Assembly (NCBI GenBank): GCA_963766885.1
Contig: CAVYBO010000002.1
Location: 175,141 to 239,140, forward strand
From: an uncultured bacterium
GTDB lineage: Bacteria > Patescibacteriota > Minisyncoccia > Phycocordibacterales > CAIRYW01
Direction: 5' to 3'
Length of the DNA stretch: 64,000 nucleotides
In this document: one piece after another, positions 10,395 through 19,677 of the stretch
How the letters are laid out: every line of letters begins with the position of its first letter
How positions within the stretch are numbered: the stretch's first letter is position 1
Notes under the pieces: generated by a model
Told to the model about the DNA's origin: nothing
Databases searched by the model: none
The model's input: only the letters and a program-made list of their open reading frames with translations
Program-made: the position numbers and the translations under genes

Positions 10395-11387
10395 TCATGC
10401 GGTTAAAGTCTTATAAGACATTTTACCACTTTTGGAGATACCTTGCACAGCACCCGCGAACAAGTCTTGTAAGTCTGCGTTGCGATTATTGAAACGATAG
10501 ACAAATTCATCTACATATCGCTGTAAGTGTTTCTTGCTCATAGAGTGATATGTTCCATGATAGCCACGCTTAAACAAAGCCCAAAAACTTTCTGCGCTGT
10601 TGGAGTGTATATCACCTCGTACATACTCATTCTTGCCATGTCTTACTACGCCATGATTGAAATGCTTTTTGAGCTTCATGTAGGAAAGAAAATCATCAGT
10701 GTAGACATTACTTCCTTTCTCCACATTTTCAAGGATATGTTTCTCAATCGTGCTGACTTTTACATCAGGAACAACTTTTGCCCTTACTTCGCCACCACGC
10801 TGAACAAGACCCATAACCGCAGTTTTCGTTTGTGTGCTTCTACCTTGAACATGTTTTGTTCTCTTGTTCCAATGCTTATTCTTTTCCTTTCCGCCGATGT
10901 ATGTTTCGTCAGTTTCTACCGAACCAAATAGTTTCCCTTTGTTTTGCTTCATAGCTTCTCTTATGCGGTGGTCAATGAACCAAGCTGTCTTTTGAGTGCA
11001 ACCAACTTGTTCTGCAAGCTCAATAGAGGATATACCTTTTTTGCGAGTAGAAAGTAAATATATAGCGATAAACCATTTTTGCATGGAAATTTTGCTCTCA
11101 CCAAATAATGTTCCAGTTTTAATTGTGAAGTCCCTCTTGCATTTATCACAGCGAAATCTTTTATGGTCTGCAAAGCGCATAATCCTATTGTGTCCGCAGT
11201 GAGGACAATACTCTCCATCTTTGAAGCGCATAGACTCAAAGTAATCACGACACACTTTCTCGTCTTTGAAATATCCCATGAACTCTGCTAAATTTTTGAA
11301 GTCTTTTATCATGCAATAAGTATATTCTATATGTTTAGGGTAGTCAAGTCTAATAATTAATATAAAATAGATACTTAAAAAAGTCAA
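10395..11387 (-). CDS. IS1595-family (ISXO2-like) DDE transposase with N-terminal zinc ribbon
   Basis: CPHCGHNRIMRF…FRCDKCKRDF zinc ribbon followed by an ISXO2-like transposase core (…KHWNKRTKHVQGRS…YTDDFLSY…HSNSAESFWALFKRGYHGTYHSMSKKHLQRYVDEF). Confidence 0.8.
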   Translation of the reverse strand: MTFLSIYFILIIRLDYPKHIEYTYCMIKDFKNLAEFMGYFKDEKVCRDYFESMRFKDGEYCPHCGHNRIMRFADHKRFRCDKCKRDFTIKTGTLFGESKISMQKWFIAIYLLSTRKKGISSIELAEQVGCTQKTAWFIDHRIREAMKQNKGKLFGSVETDETYIGGKEKNKHWNKRTKHVQGRSTQTKTAVMGLVQRGGEVRAKVVPDVKVSTIEKHILENVEKGSNVYTDDFLSYMKLKKHFNHGVVRHGKNEYVRGDIHSNSAESFWALFKRGYHGTYHSMSKKHLQRYVDEFVYRFNNRNADLQDLFAGAVQGISKSGKMSYKTLTA

Positions 11388-11476
11388 TTAATAATCCACA
11401 TTAATACCTAGCATGATACTTGACATATTAAGTAGAATGAATTACAATGACATGGTAATTTAGAAAGTCAATGTAC

Positions 11477-11558
11477 TGCCCCGAGTGGGACTTGAACCCG
11501 CATTCCGCCAGGAACTCGTTTTCAAAACGAGCGCGTCTACCAGTTTCGCCATCGGGGC
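11477..11558 (-). tRNA. tRNA-Ser (anticodon TGA), long variable arm
   Basis: Hand-folded cloverleaf: acceptor GCCCCGA/TCGGGGC, anticodon stem CTCGT/ACGAG with loop TTTGAAA, 12-nt variable arm. The T-stem has one C·A mismatch. Confidence 0.7.
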
Positions 11559-11690
11559 ATTACGCTGACTTCCTAGAATTAGTTGAGTGCTTTGTTCTGG
11601 TATCGTGTTATCTATTCAGTTCCATTATGGTCATCGACCATACCTCTGATTAGGTTCGATACCAGAGCAAAATATTCAACTCAGTAAAAA

Positions 11691-12086
11691 TTAACCAACC
11701 CCTTGCTCTGTTGAGTTAGGGGTTTCAGTTTTTGAACGTAAACGATATGTACCACGCTTTCCTTCTACACGCTCGAGTTTCTTTGCGTTATCAACCAAAT
11801 AAGTTGTGCGCAGAGAAATTGTTTCTTTGCTAGGGGAAAAATTGTATTTTGACGCTATGTGTTTAAAAATAGCTTCAGTATTAAACATCTGTAAAGGGTT
11901 TTCACCAAAGAGCTTCAAAATAGCTTCTTTGTAATCAAACCCATCAGGTTCAGGACTTATTTCTTGAAATTGAACAGATGCCAACTCATTCAGTTCGGTC
12001 TCTCGTTCTTTTATTTCTGCTCTGAGGATATTTATTCTATCAACGAGATCGAAAGCACTTCTAATTTTTGGGCGGTTATTTGTCAT
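11691..12086 (-). CDS. hypothetical protein (cargo of the IR-bounded element)
   Basis: 131-aa ORF with coiled-coil-like N-terminus, followed by a hairpin and T-run. Confidence 0.4.
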   Translation of the reverse strand: MTNNRPKIRSAFDLVDRINILRAEIKERETELNELASVQFQEISPEPDGFDYKEAILKLFGENPLQMFNTEAIFKHIASKYNFSPSKETISLRTTYLVDNAKKLERVEGKRGTYRLRSKTETPNSTEQGVG

Positions 12087-12272
12087 GCAATAAGAATAGC
12101 AGAAATAAAGTAGGAATGCAATGTAAAAGTAGGAGAAATAAGATAGTATAATACATTTTTTCTCACCATTCTTGTAGTAAACTTAATAAAAACCCTTATT
12201 TTAAGCTGTTTTTGACACAATCATATTTTTGTATCTTGATGTGGATATAGTTTAAAGTACTGAGAAATCTTG

Positions 12273-12281
12273 CTACAATTA
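12273..12281 (+). promoter_or_regulatory. extended -10 promoter (TGcTACAAT) upstream of the small ORF 12310..12462
   Basis: TGnTACAAT about 30 bp upstream of an ATG preceded by AAGGAG. Confidence 0.35.
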
Positions 12282-12309
12282 AGAAAATTAAAAGCTAAGG
12301 AGAAATAAT

Positions 12310-12462
12310 ATGTTATCAATAATTTTGATTTTGGTTGTTGTAAATATGATACTTGGATTTTTGTGGGTAAGAGGAATAAATCGGGGTCTTCACGTCATTG
12401 GAGATGCTCTTGCGGAGATAAAAGAAAAGACCGACAAATTAGGAACGTTTAATTATAAATAG
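12310..12462 (+). CDS. small single-TM membrane protein (50 aa), not in the ORF track
   Basis: Strong SD AAGGAG 7 nt upstream of the ATG. MLSIILILVVVNMILGFLWV hydrophobic helix followed by a charged tail. Confidence 0.4.
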   Translation: MLSIILILVVVNMILGFLWVRGINRGLHVIGDALAEIKEKTDKLGTFNYK

Positions 12463-12465
12463 TTT

Positions 12466-12861
12466 TTAGGGTAACTTTGTATATAGTTCCCTTAAATTAT
12501 TATAGAACCCTGTTTCTTGTTCTTTAAGTAAATCTGCAGGAGATGGTGTCTGTATTGATTGACTTTGTACAGGTTGAACTGGTTGAGCAATAACTGGTGT
12601 TGGCACAGAAACAGGAATATTCGGAACAGGCTGTGGAATTGCAACATTTACAACAGTTTGAGTATTTACCGTTGCACTTTGAAGAGGGTTGTTCTTTGCT
12701 TCTTTTGCTGATGTCGTCGCAGAGAGCGTGGTTTGCACTGTAGTCGTTGCTAATATATTAGTTGTTGATGTTGAAACAACAGATTGAGAATGAAAAGCTC
12801 CAGTAAAAGCCATAAATGCCGCTACAATTCCTATACTCAAACTATGAAAGAAATTAAACAT
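12466..12861 (-). CDS. N-terminal portion of a secreted Thr/Pro/Gln-rich protein, apparently truncated by the inserted element
   Basis: Signal or TM peptide followed by low-complexity sequence. The stop codon lies inside the right inverted repeat. Confidence 0.4.
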   Translation of the reverse strand: MFNFFHSLSIGIVAAFMAFTGAFHSQSVVSTSTTNILATTTVQTTLSATTSAKEAKNNPLQSATVNTQTVVNVAIPQPVPNIPVSVPTPVIAQPVQPVQSQSIQTPSPADLLKEQETGFYNNLRELYTKLP

Positions 12862-12901
12862 GATCTTTATTTTAATACTTATAAGTTAGTTAATTATATC
12901 A

Positions 12902-13492
12902 CTACGAATTATACAAACTCATTGCTTTGGACATTTCGTCGTCAACGATTAATTCCAAAGCCGCAGCTACATTTTTAGAAACTTTTTTGAGTTCTGCAAG
13001 TTCTTCTTTCTTGAAAACTTTTAAGATAAAATCTCCGACTTTATCGCCTTTTGGCTTTTTGGTAATGCCTTTTGGAGTTTTTGGGGAGATGCCGATGCGA
13101 ATACGAATGAATTTTTCTGTTTTTATAGCGCGGATGATTGATTCAATCCCCCTGTGACCACCAGCACCGCGGTTGAAATTTATTTTCATACTTCCAATTG
13201 GCAAATCCAAATCATCATGAATAACTATCAAATCTTTGGCCTTTTTTTCTGACGTAATTAAATTTTTGAGAGAGCCGCCTGATTTGTTCATAAAAGTCTC
13301 AGGCTCCATTGCAATTACTTTCTCTTTATTTATTTTTCCCTCCGCCGCAAGAGCTTGATTTTTCTTGTCTAAATGGAAATCACTGAACTTAAAGTTTTTT
13401 ATCGCCCACTCCAAAACAAGCCTCCCTGTGTTATGGCGAGTCTCTTTGTATTCTTCTCCAGGATTTCCTAAACCGACAATAATGATAGACAT
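12902..13492 (-). CDS. pth: peptidyl-tRNA hydrolase
   Basis: IIVGLGNPGEEYKETRHNTG N-terminal signature and GHRGIES motif. Start set at an internal Met. Confidence 0.9.
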   Translation of the reverse strand: MSIIIVGLGNPGEEYKETRHNTGRLVLEWAIKNFKFSDFHLDKKNQALAAEGKINKEKVIAMEPETFMNKSGGSLKNLITSEKKAKDLIVIHDDLDLPIGSMKINFNRGAGGHRGIESIIRAIKTEKFIRIRIGISPKTPKGITKKPKGDKVGDFILKVFKKEELAELKKVSKNVAAALELIVDDEMSKAMSLYNS

Positions 13493-13554
13493 AAAATAAA
13501 ATAATGGTTTTGTCCATTGCGCGTAGGCGCGACAATATATTATCATAACCGCGC

Positions 13555-14151
13555 ATGAATGAGGAAAAAAATAATTCCTTGGTTCAAAGTGAACAAAAAA
13601 AACCTTACTGGAAAGGTTTCATCAGAGAAATACTGGAGATAGCTTTTCTTGTGATTTTTGTTCTCCTCCCTATCAGATTTTTTGTAGTTCAGCCGTTTGT
13701 GGTAGTGGGCACTTCCATGTATCCAACATTCTCTAACGGGGATTATTTGATTATTGATGAAATTTCATACAGGTTTGAAAAACCGCAGCGCGGTGATGTT
13801 ATAGTGCTACGCCCTCCTGTGGATCTAAGTGAACACTATATTAAACGAATTGTAGGACTTCCTGGCGAAACTATTACCGTGGTTGGAAATAAAGTCACAA
13901 TTGTAAACAAAGAGCATCCGCAAGGTTTTGTATTAAGCGAACCCTATGTTTCTTCGGAAAGAGACGGCACGACATCAATGACACTAGGACCAAATCAGTA
14001 TTTTGTTATGGGCGACAACAGAGAAGTCAGCTCGGACTCAAGAGTTTGGGGCGAGGAGGATGGCAGCGAAATCACTGGCAAAGTGATGCTTCGGCTTTTT
14101 CCATTAAACGAAATCAGTTTGTGGCCCGGCGAGTATAAGTTCTCGGAGTAA
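13555..14151 (+). CDS. lepB: signal peptidase I
   Basis: GTSMYPT catalytic Ser box, RGDVIV, GDNREVSSDSRVWG box. Confidence 0.85.
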   Translation: MNEEKNNSLVQSEQKKPYWKGFIREILEIAFLVIFVLLPIRFFVVQPFVVVGTSMYPTFSNGDYLIIDEISYRFEKPQRGDVIVLRPPVDLSEHYIKRIVGLPGETITVVGNKVTIVNKEHPQGFVLSEPYVSSERDGTTSMTLGPNQYFVMGDNREVSSDSRVWGEEDGSEITGKVMLRLFPLNEISLWPGEYKFSE

Positions 14152-14192
14152 ACGTAGAGCAAAATATAAGCTAAACAAAATCAAACAGCGCT

Positions 14193-15434
14193 ATGAAAAA
14201 AACTCAACTAACAAAAGTAAAGGCGCCAAAAAAAGAACTTAGATTTTCTCCCGAAATAGACACGGCGGCCAGAACAGCAAGACATTATGGATTTTCTGAA
14301 ATGCCGGAAATCGGAGTGGGTAAAAAAGATGTTTTGTACGCCAAAAAATTTCATCTTGAATATTTGAAGCCGCTCCATCCGTTTTTTGAAAAGAGTGACA
14401 GGTTTGGCGGCTTTCTCGAAGAAAAAATTGCGCTCCTTAACGCTTTTTTTGATAAGAAGTTTGCACATCTAGGAGTGCCTGTCATGGGCTATTATCGCGG
14501 GCCACTCAAAGGTAATCCTCACATGAAAAAGAATTTTGAGGAAGAAACTTTTAACCTAGAAATTATTGGCGGCTCCAAAAGCATAAGCGAAGCGACAATT
14601 ATTGAAACAGCGATGATAATCCTCAAGGAACGTTATCCAAAAGTAGAATTTTCTGTAATCATCAATTCCATCGGCGACAAAGATTCCTATGCAAAATATT
14701 TAAAAGAGCTTGCGCATTATCTGTCCAAAACAAACCACATGCTTGAAAAAGTTTGTTCCGATAAAATCAAAAAAGACATCGGCGCTTTATTTAATTGCTA
14801 TCACGAAAGATGCAAAAGTGTCCAAGAAAGCGCGCCTCGTCCGATGGCATATTTGTCATCGCAGAGCCAAAAACATTTTAAAGAAGTCCTTGAATATCTG
14901 GAATCTTTAGGCATCCCTTACGAAATAGATCATTCACTGATCGGCTCGAGAAGCTATTGTTCAGACACTGTGTTTGAAATTGTCGGCAAGGAACCAAGCG
15001 AGACAGAAGACCGTGTGTTTTGCATCGGCGAGCGATACAACGGCTTGACTAAAAAAGCTCTGGGTAAAAAAGATCTCTCAGCAATCGGCGCAGCCATTTT
15101 AATTCATCCCCACTTTGTCAAAAGAAAGATGTTTCGGAAAAAGGAAGTCAAAGCCAAATTTTTCTACATTCAAATCGGTTTTGGCGCCAAACTTAAAAGC
15201 CTAGCTTTGATAGAAACCCTCCGCCAAGCGCAGATTCCCGTGGTTCAATCGCTTTCCAAAGACAAGCTTTCAGCTCAATTAGCGCAAGCGGAAAAAATGG
15301 CAATCCCCTACATTATTATGATGGGACAAAAGGAATCCAACGAAAACTCAGTCTTGATTCGCAATATGGAAACCATGGAGCAAGACACGGTAAATATCGA
15401 TTCTCTGGTTAAGTTTTTAGGAAAGTTGAAATGA
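14193..15434 (+). CDS. hisS: histidyl-tRNA synthetase-like class II aaRS with divergent N-terminal half
   Basis: GERYNGL motif-3-like, LEIIGG, LESLGIPYEIDHSLIGSRSYCSDTVFEIV, plus a C-terminal anticodon-binding-like domain. Motifs 1 and 2 are weak. Confidence 0.55.
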   Translation: MKKTQLTKVKAPKKELRFSPEIDTAARTARHYGFSEMPEIGVGKKDVLYAKKFHLEYLKPLHPFFEKSDRFGGFLEEKIALLNAFFDKKFAHLGVPVMGYYRGPLKGNPHMKKNFEEETFNLEIIGGSKSISEATIIETAMIILKERYPKVEFSVIINSIGDKDSYAKYLKELAHYLSKTNHMLEKVCSDKIKKDIGALFNCYHERCKSVQESAPRPMAYLSSQSQKHFKEVLEYLESLGIPYEIDHSLIGSRSYCSDTVFEIVGKEPSETEDRVFCIGERYNGLTKKALGKKDLSAIGAAILIHPHFVKRKMFRKKEVKAKFFYIQIGFGAKLKSLALIETLRQAQIPVVQSLSKDKLSAQLAQAEKMAIPYIIMMGQKESNENSVLIRNMETMEQDTVNIDSLVKFLGKLK

Positions 15435-15588
15435 TTTTTGACTAAAAAATATAGTCGAGTTAATATCACAGACGAACAAGAACCTATATGGCCAATACTA
15501 AGAAACAGTGGGTAGCCCACAGAATCGATAACTCAGAAATGGTTGAAGGGAATGTAATCAAATTTCTTGGTACTCACGATCTTTGGGC

Positions 15589-15798
15589 TTAAAAAGCAAA
15601 ATATGTATTGGCTTTTGGAGTTTTCATATACACAACCTTTTTTGCACCAATTTTCTTTTTAAGATCAAGAAGATTTGGAGAAAAATCTACGACTTTATTA
15701 TAGTCTTCAGAAAGAGCCGCCCACTTATCTTCGTGCTCTTTAGTAAGAATTTTTCTTAAATCGTTGTTCTTTTTCATAGATATATTATAACCTACCAT
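15589..15798 (-). CDS. hypothetical small protein
   Basis: ORF only. Confidence 0.3.
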   Translation of the reverse strand: MVGYNISMKKNNDLRKILTKEHEDKWAALSEDYNKVVDFSPNLLDLKKKIGAKKVVYMKTPKANTYFAF

Positions 15799-15904
15799 TT
15801 CAACTTGAAATCAAGACTTAATCCACACTTATAAATACGATTACTGTGCAACAATCTTTCCAAAATATTGCCAATTTTTGGCTGCTATGTTAGGATTTTG
15901 GACT

Positions 15905-16147
15905 ATGCAATCAGTAAATGTTGAAGTCACAAAAACAGGCACGGAGAATAATGCCAATATAATCAGAAGATTCACAAAGCGTGTTCAGGAAGCGGGCATT
16001 TTGAGGCGTGTCCGCGGCATTCGCTACAAAGACCGAAACCGCTCTAAATACGTCCGCAAGAAGAAAACTCTGGCTTCTCTGGAAAGACGAAAAGAAATTG
16101 AAGTCTTGATCAAGCTTGGCAAAAACATAGAGAAATCTCGCAGATAA
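15905..16147 (+). CDS. rpsU: 30S ribosomal protein S21
   Basis: IIRRFTKRVQEAGILRRVRGIRYKDRNRSK pattern typical of bS21; immediately precedes ybeY. Confidence 0.7.
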   Translation: MQSVNVEVTKTGTENNANIIRRFTKRVQEAGILRRVRGIRYKDRNRSKYVRKKKTLASLERRKEIEVLIKLGKNIEKSRR

Positions 16148-16542
16148 TGCCAGAAGTCAAAAACCGAATTCAAATATTTAACTCGCCAAAGGCCCCTAAA
16201 GTTAATTTGGGGCTTTTTACTTTAATCAAAGATTACACGCTTGGCAAAAAATATTCTCTGAACATAATTTTTGTTACTCCAAAAAAAATGCAGGGACTGA
16301 ATAATCAATATCGAAAAAAAGATTACGCCACGGATATTTTGAGCTTTCCTCTGGAAAAAAAATCCGGGGAGATATATTTATGCTGGAGTATTATAAAGAA
16401 AAAGAGCAAAGAATTTGGCAGAACGCCCGCTAATTATCTTGACTTTATTTTTATCCACGGATTACTGCATTTGAAAGGAATGCAACATGGGAGTAAAATG
16501 GAAAGCGAAGAAAAGCGTGTATGCCAAAAATTCGTAATTTAA
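16147..16542 (+). CDS. ybeY: rRNA maturation endoribonuclease YbeY
   Basis: HGLLHLKGMQH metal-binding motif. Confidence 0.8.
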   Translation: MPEVKNRIQIFNSPKAPKVNLGLFTLIKDYTLGKKYSLNIIFVTPKKMQGLNNQYRKKDYATDILSFPLEKKSGEIYLCWSIIKKKSKEFGRTPANYLDFIFIHGLLHLKGMQHGSKMESEEKRVCQKFVI

Positions 16543-17750
16543 TTTCTCCAAGCACGTCAGCAGAAAGGATTTCTGTTGGCATTGATATCGGAAGCCACAC
16601 CGTTAAGGTTATTGTCGCTGAATCTGAAAACGCCGAAGAAAGAGCCAGACCTAGAATCATAGGCGTGGGCTACGCTTCAATGAAAGCTCTCCGCAGAGGT
16701 TATGTCACAAACATAGAAGAAGCTGCTGAATCAATCAAAGAAGCGGTTTCAAACGCCGAAAAATCTTCAGGATACAGGATCACCAAAGCATATGTTGGAA
16801 TCGGAGGTATAGGAATATTTTGCTCCGCTTTTGCTGGATCAATAAATCTTGGCGACAAAGATACGGAAATATCAAACGCTGACGTAGCAAATCTGACGGA
16901 AGAAATTGAAAAAAATCTGCCCGATTCATTTACGCTAAACCGCCAAATTATCAATGCGGTGCCGCTTGGCTACAAAATTGACGGTAAGCCGCTTCCTGTC
17001 AAACCTGTAGGAACAATTGGCAAAGTTCTTGAAGCCAAAGTGCTTTTTGTTTCCTGCTTAACGCAGCATGTAAATGATTTGACCGAAGCTGTTCAAACTG
17101 CAGGAATTGATATTGAAGATGTGGTTGTTTCTCCTTTTGCTTCCAGCCTTGTCTGCCTCAACAAATCACAGCAAATTGCCGGGGTAGTGCTGATAAACAT
17201 CGGATCAGATACCACTTCTATTGCTGTTTTTGAAGATAACCATCCAATATCACTGGACGTTATACCTCTTGGATCTTCAGACATCACCAACGACCTGGCG
17301 CTAGCTTTTAAAGTCTCCTTAGACGAGGCGGAAAGAATAAAAATTTCAAGACCAGAGAGTTTGCCTTACCCACGCAAAAAAATTGAAGAAGTTGTAAGCG
17401 CAAGATTGTCGGATATTTTTGATGAGGTTGAAGCGCACCTCAAAAAAAACGGCCGAAGCGGTTTGCTTCCCGCCGGCGCAATTGTTACGGGCGTGGGAGC
17501 ATTGAGTCCATACGTTGAAGTGGTTGCAAAACATTCTCTGCGTCTTCCTGTTAAGAAAGCTGGAATTAAATTCGAAGGACAGGGCTCAGTAGTGGTAAAA
17601 GATGGATCTTGGTCTACAGCATACGGATTGACAATTCTTGGAATGAACAATACTTTGGAAAATTCATTTGTTGGACATATTTTTGCGGGAAGATTTGTCA
17701 AAAATGCTAAATCAAAATTCTTTAGCTGGATCAAAAATATTCTGCCCTAA
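16521..17750 (+). CDS. ftsA: cell division protein FtsA
   Basis: Actin-fold N-terminus VGIDIGSHTVKVIV; position upstream of ftsZ. Confidence 0.85.
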   Translation: MPKIRNLISPSTSAERISVGIDIGSHTVKVIVAESENAEERARPRIIGVGYASMKALRRGYVTNIEEAAESIKEAVSNAEKSSGYRITKAYVGIGGIGIFCSAFAGSINLGDKDTEISNADVANLTEEIEKNLPDSFTLNRQIINAVPLGYKIDGKPLPVKPVGTIGKVLEAKVLFVSCLTQHVNDLTEAVQTAGIDIEDVVVSPFASSLVCLNKSQQIAGVVLINIGSDTTSIAVFEDNHPISLDVIPLGSSDITNDLALAFKVSLDEAERIKISRPESLPYPRKKIEEVVSARLSDIFDEVEAHLKKNGRSGLLPAGAIVTGVGALSPYVEVVAKHSLRLPVKKAGIKFEGQGSVVVKDGSWSTAYGLTILGMNNTLENSFVGHIFAGRFVKNAKSKFFSWIKNILP

Positions 17751-17851
17751 AATGCTGAAAAATAAGGTTATTTCCCCAACCAAAATTTGCACACTTGCTA
17801 CTATTTGATCTCTTGTATATTATGTACCCATTACATAATTTATAAGTCTGA

Positions 17852-19021
17852 TTGCCAAACACAATGCCCCAAATAAAGCCAGAAATAGAAACATTCGCAA
17901 GAATTAAAGTGATAGGAGTTGGTGGTTCTGGAAAGAATGCCCTAAACCACATGATAAACGCAAAAGTCAAAGGCGTGGATTTTATTTCTGTAAATACTGA
18001 TTCGCAAGATCTGCACAACTCAATGGCCAAGCGAAAAATTCATATCGGTAAAAATTTGACCAAGGGACTTGGTGCAGGAATGAATCCAGAAATCGGAAAA
18101 CGTGCGGCTGAAGAAACCAAGGAGGAAGTCCAGGAATCAATCAAAGGCGCTGATATGGTTTTCATTGCTGGCGGCGAAGGCGGAGGCACAGGCACAGGCG
18201 CAGCGCCAGTTATTGCAAAAACTGCCAAAGAATTAGGAGTGCTGACAATTGCAGTGGTAACAAAACCGTTTTCATTTGAAGGAGCTCAGAGAACCCGTCT
18301 TGCGGAAATGGGAATCGATGAATTGCGAAAGTCTGTTGATGCGATTATCATCATCCCAAACGACAGACTGCTCACCACAATCAGCAAGGAAACTACCGCC
18401 AAACAGGCTTTTATGATGTGTGATGACGTCCTAAAACAAGCAGTTGAAGGCATTTCCGACCTGATTACTACACCAGGCACCATCGGCAACATTGATTTTG
18501 CCGATATTCGCACAGTTTTAGAAAACGCCGGCTCTGCCCTTATGGGCATAGGCACAGCGAGCGGAGAAAATCGCGCTTCTGAAGCTGCTAAATCGGCAAT
18601 CAATTCTCCCCTTTTGGACATTTCAATCCACGGCGCCAAAAGCGTTTTATTCTCAATTGCTGGAAGCGATGACCTGACAATGTTTGAAATCCAGGATGCG
18701 GCAAAAATCATTACCGAATCTGTCGATCCGTCAGCTAGGATTATTTTCGGAACAGTCCACGATGAAAAACTTAAGAAGGGTGAAGTCAGAGTGACTGTTG
18801 TTGCTGCAGGATTTCCAGAAAATACTCAAAGGAAAAATCTTTTTGAGAGCAAAGCTGTATCTGTACAAATTCCATCAAAGAAAGATTCTGCTCAAGAAAA
18901 ACCTGAAGAAAAAACTCCGCAAGTAGAAATGCCATCCTCCAACAAAGCAACAGAATCCAAGGCGGACGACGATGACTGGGGGGCAGTTCCAGCGTTTCTA
19001 AGGAGAAGTAAATTGAAGTAA
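17852..19021 (+). CDS. ftsZ: cell division GTPase FtsZ
   Basis: GVGGSGKNA and GGEGGGTGTGAAPVIA tubulin signatures. Confidence 0.95.
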   Translation: MPNTMPQIKPEIETFARIKVIGVGGSGKNALNHMINAKVKGVDFISVNTDSQDLHNSMAKRKIHIGKNLTKGLGAGMNPEIGKRAAEETKEEVQESIKGADMVFIAGGEGGGTGTGAAPVIAKTAKELGVLTIAVVTKPFSFEGAQRTRLAEMGIDELRKSVDAIIIIPNDRLLTTISKETTAKQAFMMCDDVLKQAVEGISDLITTPGTIGNIDFADIRTVLENAGSALMGIGTASGENRASEAAKSAINSPLLDISIHGAKSVLFSIAGSDDLTMFEIQDAAKIITESVDPSARIIFGTVHDEKLKKGEVRVTVVAAGFPENTQRKNLFESKAVSVQIPSKKDSAQEKPEEKTPQVEMPSSNKATESKADDDDWGAVPAFLRRSKLK

Positions 19022-19297
19022 TGGGTATACCTAGTCTATTTCCTTTCTTTTTTATTTCATTGATTGCAGCTCTAATTTTTTAGCAGCTACAATTATATAC
19101 GCTCTTTCTGCTCTGTTTTATTTGATAAAGAAAAATCAAGAAAAAAGATTAAGTACTTTTATTAGTTTCAAGAGAAGTTTATTGATATTTATTGTATGTG
19201 CAGTTATTGCAATACTATTTAAAGGTCCGGGTACTGGATATTAATTTAAGAGGTTGTGATTTGAGTATAGCGAAAATCGGGGTGTTATAATTCTGAT

Positions 19298-19651
19298 ATG
19301 CATTTGCACTCAGATCGGAAATTTTTAGATAGGAGAAGAGAATTAAGAAACAACACAACTCCACAAGAAAGGATTCTTTGGTCATATTTGAAAAATAAGC
19401 AACTTGCTTGCAAATTTCAAAGACAGCATAGCATCGGTCCATATATTGTTGACTTTTATTGTGCTCAAAAGAGATTAGTAATTGAAATTGACGGGAGTCA
19501 GCATAGTCAAACAGAAAATCAGCAATATGATAAATTACGTGCCGATTATTTGAAATCGGCAGGATGTGAAATTATACGATTTTGGAATAATGAAATTAAT
19601 ACAAATATAGAAGGAGTTTTAATGAAAATCACATCTAAATTGAATGAATAA
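19298..19651 (+). CDS. DUF559 endonuclease-like protein (Vsr/restriction-endonuclease-like fold)
   Basis: PQERILWSYLKN…VDFYC…IEIDGSQH…IIRFWNNEI pattern typical of DUF559. Confidence 0.65.
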   Translation: MHLHSDRKFLDRRRELRNNTTPQERILWSYLKNKQLACKFQRQHSIGPYIVDFYCAQKRLVIEIDGSQHSQTENQQYDKLRADYLKSAGCEIIRFWNNEINTNIEGVLMKITSKLNE

Positions 19652-19677
19652 TAACTCCCCCGCTCGCGTTGCTCGCA

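Larger units (their letters stand above)
10097..12500 (-). mobile_element. putative ~2.4 kb IS1595-family element bounded by ~28-bp imperfect inverted repeats and a possible TAAATT target duplication; carries a transposase, tRNA-Ser(TGA), a 131-aa ORF and a 50-aa ORF
   Basis: 10097..10125 (agggaactatatacaatactaccctaa) is the reverse complement of 12475..12500 (ttagggtaactttgtatatagttccct), with a 15-nt perfect core. TAAATT occurs immediately outside both ends. Both flanks encode halves of one low-complexity secreted-protein gene. Confidence 0.45.

Noticed and set aside
10229-10931. ORFs 10229..10492 (+) and 10527..10931 (+)
   Set aside because: They are antisense to, or overlap, the IS1595-family transposase gene, which has strong motif support.
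10300-11460. Attempt to define a conventional ~1.1 kb IS1595 with short terminal IRs hugging the transposase gene
   Set aside because: Only an 8-bp direct (not inverted) match AATACCTA was found near the gene ends. The better-supported inverted repeats lie farther out at 10097..10125 and 12475..12500.
11477-11558. tRNA-Ser(TGA) as a pseudo-tRNA
   Set aside because: There is only a single C·A mismatch in the T-stem, and all other arms are canonical. It is kept as a probable functional tRNA at reduced confidence.
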